The notes under the pieces: model-generated
Told to the model about the DNA's origin: nothing
The model's database searches: none
What the model saw: only the letters and a program-made list of their open reading frames with translations
Assembly (NCBI GenBank): GCA_051362555.1
Contig: CM120649.1
Span: 18,428,567-18,492,566, forward strand
Origin: Lingula anatina
Lineage: Eukaryota; Animalia; Brachiopoda
DNA: 64,000 nucleotides
Direction: 5' to 3'
Made by a program: the position numbers and the translations under genes
Shown here: in pieces, positions 26,701 through 37,099 of the stretch
How the letters are laid out: every line of letters starts with the position of its first letter
Position numbering within the stretch: the stretch's first letter is position 1

Positions 26701-29700
26701 AATTTCAATGGGGGGGGGGATGGGGGGGGGGGGATGGGGGGTTAAAAACAATCGAGAACGATCTCCGGCTGACGATCTTCCGCAAACGAAAGTCACTGAA
26801 AGAGTATGAGCTTTCTCGTTTCACTCGGATTGCGACGCTGACGATACGAAAATTGCGTTCTCGTCTCGCCCTTTGGCTTACGAAGTCTCTTTAACAAATA
26901 TGAAAATTGCCTCCTGGTCTCTCTCGGATTGCGAACGATCTCTCGCTGAAAATTTGAAATTTTCCTTTTTGTCAATCAGCTTTGTCAGTTGCCGTGCGTA
27001 TGAAGGTCCGGAAGGTGTCCCCTTTCACAAATTGGCCTGTAGTTTGCTTAGTGTTTTGTACCGCATGAAGGTCACTCTTGTCACGGCGTGGAATGTGTAT
27101 CTTAAAGTTCATAGAAGCATTTTATTGTGTTTTGTAAGCTTTAGGAAGTAGTTTCGTTGTGACTGAATATCAGCGTACACTACAAAGTAGTACCATTCAT
27201 CTGTGACGCATCATAAAAGCAAGGTACGTCAAATTACTCTAAGAAAATTTCTTACAACGTCCAAGGCTGTCCCGACAAGCCAAGACGTCATTAAAAAAGT
27301 CGCAAGCCGTCTAGCCGTCTTTGAAAATATAGGCCGTCCGGTGATGTCAGCGGCCGTCCAAATGACGGCTGGACGGTTCACTGGGAAAAGCCTTGCTCAT
27401 AAGGGTATATTTATTTAACTAGGGGCTTACTGACATCACCCAGCTTACATGCGGGTGCCTCCCAAAATTATATTAAAGGATAAAATTGTAATATATCTAA
27501 GTTTAATTGTTTGTAAATTTTGTAAAAATTGCCCATGCCACCCCGTTAGTTTGGAGGGTTAAGCTGGATCAAGTCCGTGTCAAAATTCTTTGAAGCTTTG
27601 CAGGAAAAATCAATCTTCCTTTGTTTCTCTGGCTCCTTGTTTAGCCCGATGATCAGATTTATCTAGTGCCCCCACGTCTGCTGGAGCAGCTCTTTGAAAA
27701 TAACACACAGGTAGATTTTTATCTGAGATAAATATCGCGTTCGATACACTCAAGACAAAAGCTACCTGTGAGCTGAAGGGCACTTTACCCTCTAATTAAG
27801 AGGTAAAGGAAGTTCCAGCTAGATGGACGATTAAGATCGGACTTCAGATGGTAACTAGGACGGTTGGACCATATCCTGTAACTAGTATTGTTTACCTCAG
27901 TTCTGTGAAAGCAAACGAGAAGGGTGTCAGAACAATGGTGCATATATAAATTATACAGAGAATTTGTACATTCAGTTGACGTTAACTTATAATCGAAGGG
28001 GATTTTCGATAATATTCCTTGAAAAGTACACTAGATTTATAGAGAATAATATCATGGTTGGCCAAAAAATTATATACGCACAGTGTATCAGTGTATGCCT
28101 GGTTACGCCCCTGTCGCAAACCAGCAAACCATACCCTGCTGACTACATGAAAATTGCCTTCTAGCATGGACAAAAAGTCCAAGTTTCTATGCTTGCTCGG
28201 ATCGCTGACGATCTCTTGCTGACGAATAAAGTAACAAAGTCCCTTGAACTAGTGTGGAAATTGGCTTATTGTCGCGCTCAGATCGCTCACTATCTCCCAT
28301 TGACGATCTTCCAGTCCCTTGAACGAATATAAAAACTGCCTTTTCGGTTTACTCTAGATTACCTACAGGTATCTCTCGCGTTTGTTTGAAATGGTTTCAA
28401 TGACAAAACGTGCACGCTTTTCAAATGCGTACATTGACGCAACTATGCGCCAGGAAATCAGTTGCTGCTGCTGGTCAAGATTGGGTTGCCTGAGCGAAAA
28501 AAAAATGGCCCTAACCCCCCCCCCCTCAAACCTAGTATATTTGATCACAGACAACAATCAGCGGTCATCTTGGTCGCAGCGCACGACGGAGAGAGACCGT
28601 AATACAAAGTTCGGCTGCCGTGGCGAAGGCTACCTGTGCGCCGCACATACCGATCTGCGGTCGTAGTGGCCTCCCCGCACGGAGGAGGCCGGATTCTGCA
28701 GGGAAGGCTACGTATGCGTCGGAGACACCGACCCGCGAACGATGAGATGAGGCCGCATTCGCGCGTAAAGCTCCGCCCGACTTTAACGGTAAAGGCAACG
28801 AACCTGGTCGCGGAAGACACTTGTCGCAGATGAAGGCTACCTGCACGTGTGCCATAGACAGGTTTCAGTGCACGGAAAGGAGCAACGGTAACACTAATCT
28901 TCCATAGTAAAGGTAATCTGGCCGTGGCAGACGCTAATCGTCGGCCGTCTCTCCCTCCGTCCACTCCCGTTCTGAGCGCCAGGATCGTTTTTGGAAAACG
29001 ACACTACTGATAACGATGTTTTGCGGCCCTAGACAACAGTACAACTCTATCTATGGGCCATACACAGTGATCGGGTGAAAGTACGTGTACACCTTTGGTC
29101 GCAATTACCGACACTCACACATCATACATTATGGTAACTCTAAATAGATCGTCGGGAGAAGCTAACAGAAGGCCTAGCGACGAACAGACAACTTCCGGTC
29201 AAAATTGACAGAATTCCATGAAATTCGAACGTTTGGAAGTTCTGAGCACCTCCATTTCATGAATTTCGGCCAGAACGATCTTTTCCCAAATTTAATTATT
29301 TTCTACTGTTCGAAATTCATGGCACATTACCGTACATTCAACAATATGACATGCCTCCAACATCTATTGATTGGAAAATAATTTCTTTACTATAACTTCA
29401 TTATCACATGTTGAATGGCCATAAACTATTTCTTAGTTCAAAGTATTAAACTGTGTTATATTCATCTCCACAAACCTTGAGATAGTTGTTCTACCTCCAT
29501 TTTGTCTCTTTTGTCATAAAAAATGGACACATCATATTCTTCCCCTGGAAATACACATTGTCAAGTTATTTACTTATCATACTGATCTTGCACAAACTTT
29601 GATCTGGGAAAATGATAAAGGGATAATAACTCTTCGTATGAGATCTATATTTCACAATAAAAACATTGTGAATAACTCATAGAACTATAATATATTCTGT

Positions 29701-32700
29701 TTTACCACAAAAACGGCAGTCATAGCTATTATTCTGATGTCTGAGCTTGTCTTTAGACCACGTGACCTCCATTGATGGCTATACTCTGTTAAAATCTCTT
29801 AAGAGATTTTAACAAAAAACCAAACTTTTTAGAAAAAAACAGGGCCTAACTTTGAATGTAAAAATGGATACATAAACCACTGGTAAGTATGGGAAAATTG
29901 TTGTTTACTCCAGGAAAATTCATTTTTTGGCCGAAACGAAGAGTTATTATATATGTTATATTTTCAACTACAGATATACTTACATGCATTTCACTGGAAC
30001 TTGTACTAATGTATCCAATTAAAATTTAATGTAATATAAGTCATTAATCAGGCCCGTAGCCAGGGGGGGTTCGGGGGGGTTAGAAAGAACCGCCCCTTTT
30101 GCTGGGAAAAGGTCCATTCTGGGTAATATTTGGTCTAGGTACATAAAGTTTTTATGGGAAAAGGTCCACTTTTTTAGAAAAAGAACCCCCCTTTTGAAAT
30201 TGCTGGTTACGGGCCTGCATTTGCCTGTAGAATGTGTTTCTTTTTAAGTAGTAAGTACTATATTATATTTCTTTACCTTTATTTTGCATTCTTTAATATG
30301 ACCTGCCTCTGACTTACATCTGATTCTGACATATTTTTCTATATTATCACTTTACTGTTACATTTAAAATGGCCACCAAACATTTCTTATATCAAAGTAT
30401 TAAACTGAGTTATACTGATCTTCACAAACCTTTAAACAGTTGTTCTACCTCCTTTTTGTCTTCTCTGGCATAAAATATGGAGACATCATATTCTATATCT
30501 TCCCCTGGAAATACACAAGTTATTTACTTATTATACTCATCTTTAACACACTTTGATAGGCAGATGTAGCCAAGATCACATTTGCTCTCAGCAGATAATC
30601 ACAGAAGTCCACTGTGTCTAAATTAATTGTCAGCTAGTTCCAATGCATTCACAAAAAAGATACATCAGATACCGTGTAGCTATTAAAAAACACAACTACT
30701 GGTACGCGTTTAATCGATAACTGATTTAATACTCGTCAAATTACCATCCGCCCCCTTTCTTATGAATAGGTATTACTTTATTAATACAATGCAACCGACG
30801 TGTAGCCGCATGTTAGAAGACAATGTGTGACTACGCACAGCAGTATGAGGCCGCTAGCCCTTCCCAGCAAGGAGTCAACTAAGCCGCAAGTTAGAAGACA
30901 ATGCGTGATTACTAACAGTAGTAGGAGGCCGCTTCCGCTCCCCAGCAAGGAGTCAACACAGCAGTGCGTAACCCGGGCTTAATTAGGGGTTATTAGTTGT
31001 CCACTTATGATCGGTATTGTTCGTCTTGATTGCAGCACACTTCCTACTCACTATTGGTTCGCCTGCCTCTTCTTTAAATGCTCTCTCAAACCTTTCCTCA
31101 GTAAGCCGAGAATGGAAACACGTTTATCTTCCGATAAACTTCGTCGTTGATGTATTTTTTGGCATCCTTCTACAGTGGGCCATAAGGCTCTATCTATGAT
31201 TTTTTTCGTCTGGCATTTTACCAGATTAAGCTGACGCTTGAAAACTAAATTAAATGAATAATTTTCTCACGTGCACGTATCCAGTTAATTTTACGACAAT
31301 AACTTCCACGGCACCTCCGCCATTTGCAATTGTAGACGAACCACGTGTTTCCAACTGATAGGCCAATACAACTATACCTGACCCATTGCACGATAAAAAA
31401 ACGTTTATATTTAATGAATTAAAAAAACATTTGGGAATCTCGATTTTCTATTGATAAACTTTCGATGGTATCCCTGTATTAAATCATCCACTGCTACCCC
31501 CTCTATTGTAGTGTAGCATGACTCGTATCACAAGATGGTCTTAGAAATGAAGTAAGACAACCCTACAATTTCGTCATAATGATTCATGGTCAAACAATAG
31601 AAGCATGAAATTAACACCTTTTACAGTGTGAAGGACGACACCTAATGAGGCTTTTGTTTTTTTCCCTGGGTGGTTATTACAAAGTAAGAATGTTGACGTA
31701 AGTGTTATCTGCTTCCTGGTGAAGACTTTTGCGTGTTCAAAGGAACAATGGAAATGTCATTTCAAAACAAAGAGCCACATTTCCCTACTTAGGTGGCCAA
31801 AATATTGTCAATGAAACGCAAAAAAAAAGACAAAATCACCAGCTGTTTCTGACTGAGTCTAACTCAAATGCAAAAAGGTACGCACAGCGACAAAGCGCTA
31901 TTGTAAACAATGACCCGACGATGAGATCAATAGATGTATAAATGACTTATTGTACTATAAAATTGTACCCCTGCCCCTACTTGTATATTATTACACACAT
32001 AAGGCCACCCTATACCAGAGTTGCAGATTGATTTTTCATTACGCAGTCTCTTGCACTGAAGAAAAATACTCATATATAATTTGCGGTCCTAGTAGAGGGT
32101 CGGTCTTCTCTCATTTTTCTCAAATCAAAATAAACTAGCAAACATGAAAATTGACAAGCTGTATTAGGATGTAAAGTGTTGAGAACCCTTTAACAAGGTG
32201 TATGGTATTATGCACTTTTAGACAAATTTTAATTTCATTTAAATTTAATTTTAATTTCAATTAAATTCAATTTTAATTTTAATTAAAATTGATATTACCG
32301 AAATTAGTAAATGTCGTTTGCGTCATGTATCAATATTTATGTGCATAATAGTACCTACGTTATAAACATTCAGCAAAGATCTTTGGAAGGCCGCTCTTTC
32401 GTCGTTTATATCAAATGAAAAATATCTGATACCCATCGTAACAATCATTATACCATGATAAGCGATTAGCATACTTATTTATGTCCCCAGTCATAATAAC
32501 TTTAACAATTACAACAAACCTCCCTACTCTGCTTTTCATTGCAAAAACAATTAGCCACAACTGTTTTAATATTAAAAGATATCAATAATAATGACAATTT
32601 CAAAATTTCAAAAGTACCTTTGGGGTACGAACCCCCGTCGGACAGGTTACAACGTTTGCAACGACGTTAACCGTTATTCCACCAATTCTATTATACTTTC

Positions 32701-35700
32701 ACACCGATATCGAGAGATCTGTATTGCCGGGCATACCGAAGCTTTGCGGAAATTGCCGAAGGCTAGGAAAATTCTTCAAAATATATTTTTATTACTTTTA
32801 ATCAAATCACGACTATCTCTCACTGCCCTGAGGTATGGCTAAAACCTTTCAGTTGTCATCAGACTTTGTAATTTGGGAGAAAAAAGTGAAACAGGAACTT
32901 CTGGTGATGAATAATATATTATAGTGCTGCAAGGTCTTGTTTTCTATCCCTGATGTACGAGTAGCTTTTTCTACAGTTTCTATAATTCTCTTAACGTATG
33001 AAAATATGCAGGTTTTCTGATACAATAAGACTTTGATAAAATCAAAACCAATAATACTTTTCAAGTCGCGAGTCGGGATAAATATCGGCAAGGTGGAGAT
33101 ATGTCCCGCCGGCGCTTCCGCACAGCAAGACTGAAGGACGCAAGTTACAAAGCAAAACATGTTTAGTCAAGTTAAAGACTTAATTACCGGCCTAACAGCG
33201 GCGATAGTGACTCCCGCTGTGAGCGACTTGCGCTGTCTATTGTAATCCCCCTATCATTAACACTGTCGGGGGCACACGCACGTTCGCACGTGCGTGTGCT
33301 ATTAAAGTGACCGGGGACTAAATAGCTACACGGTACATACTCTCTCATTCCAAATCATTTCAAATTCAATCAACATACAAGTCACCCTTTGTCTTGCTGA
33401 ATCTGGTAAACAAATGCAAAATGTAAGTTATATCTTTAACTCCAGATGCACATGCATTTTCCTGGAATTTACTGAATGTATATTATATTCCCTAACCTTT
33501 ACTTTTTACATTTTACAATGCTCCTGTCAAAAGCACTCTCCTGTCAAAAGACAATAGGTCATGCCATGCTTTATTTCGTGTAAAGTCACATCATCCAGGA
33601 ATGCGTTCCACGCACCAATGCACAGGGTTAATTACTCGTGTTTTAAGCCAGATAAAGCTCAGCGCCTCGTACTTTATCTATACCATGCACAACTTTGACC
33701 AGATTTCCTTTGCTGAGAATGTGAAATATATATATATATACAGTTTTGTGCAGAGAAGGTGACATTACGGATACGCTTACTCCAAAAACGATTAAGTTGT
33801 CTTACGTACGCCCCTTAAGAGGACAAAAGAATTGTGTGAAAATCCGTAGGCTAAAGGACAATGCCGACTTACGTACATCTTACTCACATCTTACGTACAT
33901 CTTACACACATGCAGCGATGAGTAAAAAGGGGTGGGCTTATGCAAATAGGTTCCGATAAGACCACCTACTTCCTATCTCTCCATCAACATATTTCTTAAG
34001 ACTGCCTTTATTTTCGTTCACTGTTCAACAAGGATAATTATCAAATGAAGATCATTGTATGGAGAAGGGATTTTTATTCATTATTTTATTCATGAAACAA
34101 CAAGCAAACTGCTCGTTTCAGCAGAAGGATGGGAATATAAAACCATAAATTTAAAATAAAGTTCTTAGAAAACTGCTTGCTTAAAGCATTCCATCAAGAT
34201 ACACGTGAACTAAATCTGTATTGAATAAGTTGTATGAATAATGTCATAAAATAATATTTGCTATATGAATATATGCCAGACATTTCACTCATTGCGATAG
34301 ATAGAACATTCTGATATAAATTCGAAAAAAAAAAAAAAAAAAAAAAAAAAAACAGAAGGTACTGGTGACAGCCCGTATCGGTAATGTATAATTTGGCAGA
34401 GCAAGCTTTCATGCACCAAACCAAGCAAATTTCAAAAAACAATTTTTGTAACATATTTATTGGTAATGGTAGCCGGTCACATTCCTTGGAAACATTATAT
34501 AACCATGCTGGCAGAGAGTAATAGAAAAGTGCAATAAAAACAGATTTGCTAGGTCAGCAACTAGATGAATTATCGATGAAGGTTACTTCTGACAAATGAA
34601 TTGCGATAAAAATGATAAAAATTTTCACCACAATCAAAATAAGCCGTAAAGCCAAAATGTCACATAAGATGACAAAATTACAAGTAAGACGTGGCACTTC
34701 TTTGACATTTTAAGTCGCACAAAAGATTTTGGTGACACGTTTAATCAGAGTTTACCTGCCACGTAAGTTAGATTAATAACTCTAAAGTACAGGTAGATTG
34801 AGATTTTCGATAAGATCATCCTCTCATTTCTCCATCTCCGCAATTCTTTGAAGCGTCCAATAAGAACTTAAGGGAACCGGGCACGTGGATAACACGCAGT
34901 TACCATGATCGTTGATTATCTTCCTTAAATGCTTGCTTAAGCTCCATACTTTTTGTCGACTCCATGTTCTTAGAAAAAACTTTTAAAAACCCTTTCTACA
35001 AGCATTTAATTTGACGTACGAGTCAATGGATATTATCGTCGACGTCTTAATCTCCAATTGAATACTCTGCGCCGCTTTATAATTAAAAGTAAAAAAAAAA
35101 AAAGAAAAACGTGTTTGGATAGATTACCCGGCCCCTGTTGTTCTTCGTGATCGAAAATGATGTTAAAAGGTTAAAAGGTTGGGGCAAAGCCAGGCTAAAC
35201 TGCAATCAATTATATGTTCAAAATTTATAATAGTGTGAGCATTTCAATGTAATAATATGAGATGAAATTGATGACTCAAGGAAAAACGTAAAATACGCCG
35301 TCTTAAGCCTAGGTCCCAACCGAACGTACGGGCTGCTACGTGTGGCCTACGGCCATAAAAATGGGGAAAAAGTGGGAGTTCGTGCGTGAGGAGCACGACC
35401 ATCGTGCGACTTTTGGAGGACGCAAACAGCGCGTAGAAACTTTTCGACATGATCAACAGCCGCTACGTGCGATCTCGCTACGTCCTAGTCAGACGCTAGT
35501 AACCTGAAAACCGTGCGTCCAAAACGTAGTAGGGACCTTGGCTTAGGGTTATGGATCCTTTATTTTCAACATTCAGAATCAACAACACATGGGAAATTTG
35601 AAATTTACAACACAATTAACAGCAAAAAAATAAGTAACTATGTGCTATATACGCAGCAAAAACGTCTATTGAAACCATTTTAAGAGTAATATTTTATATT

Positions 35701-36083
35701 GTAACTGAGCCTTGAGAACCAAGACATCGTTAAGAAAGAAAATACTATCTAAAATACTATCTAAAGGACGAATACCATGAAAGCGTGCCCCATATAGATG
35801 AACAATGATTGTGTGCAGTCGGGCAGATAATCAGATAAGCGGCTAGGACTTGGGAGATGACAATTAACGCTGTCGCTCAGCAGCATCAGTAGAGGGAGAG
35901 GTGGCAATTAAGGCTGTCACTCATCACCTCAAACGAGGCCAACTCGACTTACTTCCCGTAACCCAGCTGACTTACGCTAAGCATTGTGGCCTATTGTGTT
36001 TACCCTGTAATTATGTTAAATGTGCGATACGTAAGATTAGGGTCGTTTATCCATATCCGTAATGTCATCTTCTCTGCACAAAA

Positions 36084-36129
<46 letters not shown>

Positions 36130-36642
36130 TAATACTAATACTAATGCTGTTACGGTAGCAATTTACAAGGCATTAATACATTTCTTTCAAAGTAATAAAC
36201 CGGGTTACACTCATCTGTACAGACCTTTCGATAGATGTTCTATCCCCTTTTTATACTTAGTGCCAAATGCTATGGGCACATCATGCTCCACTTCTCTCTC
36301 TTTCTCTCCCATCACTGGAAATACACAAGGATTATATGAATGCTTCTTATTTAGGTAAGTAAAATGTTACATATTATTACATAACCTTTAACTTACATTC
36401 TATAATACAACTTTTACCAGACTTCCTTCACTGAGATTGTGTAATATTTTATATTAGAACATCACTGCTACTGCAGCAATTGAAATGGCATTAATATTTT
36501 TTTTTTTTTTTGGTTCAAAGAACTGAACTGGGTTATATTCATCTCCACAAACCTTTCAATAGTTGTTCTTTTTTCTTTTTATCCTTAGTGCCAAAGGCTA
36601 TGGGCACACCATGCTCCTCTTCTCTCACTTTCTCTGCCATCA
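401..36642 (-). CDS. Poly-TIR gene: tandem three-exon TIR cassettes; 3'-partial, continues off the left edge
   Basis: Four complete cassettes: A 29476-29544/25811-25949/16519-16706; B 15930-16004/8382-8520/7505-7692; C 6956-7030/6496-6634/5767-5954; D 1645-1719/1136-1274/401-588. All have AG/GT ends, phases 1-1-2-1 and no stops. Extra exon-1 copies lie at 30430-30504, 36225-36314 and 36553-36642. Confidence 0.78.
1375..1439. repeat. (TA)n microsatellite; homologous tracts at about 6735-6750 and 8622-8685
   Basis: Seen directly. Confidence 0.95.
2143..5728. mobile_element. Non-autonomous foldback-type DNA transposon with long (about 600 bp) inverted termini
   Basis: Ends ggcttgttaag / cttaacaagcc; about 2143-2790 is mirrored by about 4940-5728; absent from the homologous intron at about 7440-7470. 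Confidence 0.85.
5767..7030 (-). CDS. TIR cassette C (exons 6956-7030, 6496-6634, 5767-5954)
   Basis: Exon sizes 75/139/188; open frame; exon-2 donor is gtataa. Confidence 0.8.
7505..16004 (-). CDS. TIR cassette B (exons 15930-16004, 8382-8520, 7505-7692)
   Basis: Exon sizes 75/139/188; open frame; first intron expanded by about 7 kb of TEs. Confidence 0.8.
8760..10610 (+). mobile_element. 5'-truncated, degenerate LINE (RTE-X-like) with RT and C-terminal region
   Basis: GTRQGCMLSPFLFTLFIN, YADD (tatgctgatgac), YKYLG, GECGRYPLY, ARFRCANH and VEDEYHFL motifs with frameshifts and stops. Confidence 0.85.
9237..9647. mobile_element. MITE inserted in the LINE
   Basis: TIR cagggcacaaaccac / gtggtttctgccctg; removal restores the AVPAYKYLG frame. 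Confidence 0.8.
10878..14158. mobile_element. DNA transposon derivative flanked by TTTAAA, with about 35-bp imperfect TIRs
   Basis: ctaagatctaataaacagaaagattggacagcggca versus tgccgagtgtccaatctttggtatattagatcttag. Confidence 0.7.
13085..13670. repeat. Tandem repeat of about 188 bp, 3 copies
   Basis: cgccatcttgttttattgtcat-like units at about 13088, 13277 and 13465, with a partial unit at about 13653. Confidence 0.9.
15560..15823 (-). mobile_element. Possible THAP-domain transposon remnant
   Basis: The minus strand near 15800-15822 reads HVCAEHFEG, like the THAP 'VCxxHF' motif; truncated where the TIR intron resumes. Confidence 0.35.
16519..29544 (-). CDS. TIR cassette A (exons 29476-29544, 25811-25949, 16519-16706)
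   Basis: EEYDVSIFYDKRDKMEVEQLSQ-DLAGQGVICMLIESDSPFENKVKDMLQYALKQSRRILLYITTHYLH-DFSLIMERKGIMD...; open frame; introns expanded by TEs. Confidence 0.8.
17230..17640. repeat. Dispersed repeat with an inverted copy at about 27520-27930
   Basis: ttgatccagcttagacctccaaac versus gtttggagggttaagctggatcaag; further shared blocks. Confidence 0.7.
18253..24150. mobile_element. Cluster of Helentron/HINE-like elements: + copy 18253-20440, and a - copy 20693-24150 split by a nested + copy 21552-23261
   Basis: Shared aacaagg(c/t)agcaaagctgtc end and about 120-bp internal tandem units. A (GAC)n-like tract and 3' hairpin tgtacagacac-atct-gtgtctgtaca followed by an A-run are complete in the nested copy and partial in the other two. 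No TSD. Confidence 0.75.
18885..19430. mobile_element. PIF/Harbinger-like MITE (TTA TSD, about 150-bp TIRs)
   Basis: tta|gagcgcattctcaacg ... cgttgagaatgcgctc|tta; empty site cttaaatggtc in sister copies. Confidence 0.85.
26107..29332. mobile_element. Tc1/mariner-type non-autonomous element (TA TSD)
   Basis: ta|cggtaaagtgccatgaatttcgaac ... gttcgaaattcatggcacattaccg|ta; empty site aacttacattcaac at about 1497. Confidence 0.88.
30049..30217. mobile_element. hAT-like MITE
   Basis: caggcccgtagccag ... ctggttacgggcctg; no clean TSD. Confidence 0.65.
30430..30504 (-). CDS. Solo TIR exon-1 copy (EDIEYDVSIFYAREDKKEVEQLFK)
   Basis: ccag|gg...aaag|gtttgt; 75 nt, phase 1-1, open. Confidence 0.65.
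30672..33333. mobile_element. TA-flanked DNA transposon derivative
   Basis: ta|ccgtgtagctatt ... aatagctacacgg|ta. Confidence 0.75.
33341..33402 (-). pseudogene. Truncated TIR exon-2 remnant (DSARQRVTCMLIEFEMIWNER)
   Basis: Homologous to the exon-2 5' half with its acceptor. The nearest donor (gtatgt) is phase 0 and does not fit the next exon-1. Confidence 0.55.
33741..36086. mobile_element. DNA transposon derivative inserted in a (TA)n tract
   Basis: 33-bp TIR cagttttgtgcagagaag(g/a)tgacattacggata at both ends, flanked by TA repeats. Confidence 0.85.
36225..36642 (-). CDS. Two diverged 90-nt exon-1 copies (36553-36642 MAEKVREEEHGVPIAFGTKDKKKKEQLLK; 36225-36314 MGEKEREVEHDVPIAFGTKYKKGIEHLSK), possibly carrying the start codon
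   Basis: Same acceptor (gtatttccag) and similar donor context as the other exon-1 copies; in-frame ATG. Confidence 0.6.
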
Positions 36643-36931
36643 CTGGAAATACAAAGGATGACATGAAATTAAAATAAAAAATAAAATAAAAAAATCAAAT
36701 CAAATAAAAATAATAATAATAAAATAAATTAAATCCAAATAATGGTGCTTCGTGGGGTGTATATATATCAAAATGTATGACTCTATTGCAAGCATATACA
36801 ATTACAGCAATCATGGCTTAACTCACACATCACTTCCGACAGTTTGTTACATTAGGATTTTTCTCTTATCCACTAAGATAATACAGAAATATTCATGGTC
36901 ATGATGTGAGATAATGCTGTTGCATCAAATA

Positions 36932-37099
36932 CAGGGGCGGCTCCAGAGATATTTTCTGACAGTCTTCCAAATTATCTTTGTTGATCCATCTTCCATTTTT
37001 GACCATCTTCCGGCAGAAAACATTAGATGGCTGACAATGTAAACTTGAAAATCTGACCGTCTTCCAGAAGACCCAGAAGACGGCCTAAATCCGCCCCTG
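36932..37099. mobile_element. hAT-like MITE
   Basis: caggggcgg ... ccgcccctg termini. Confidence 0.6.

Noticed and set aside
28363-28964. GC-rich overlapping ORFs
   Set aside because: Inside a TA-flanked transposon; no recognisable motif or consistent exon structure.
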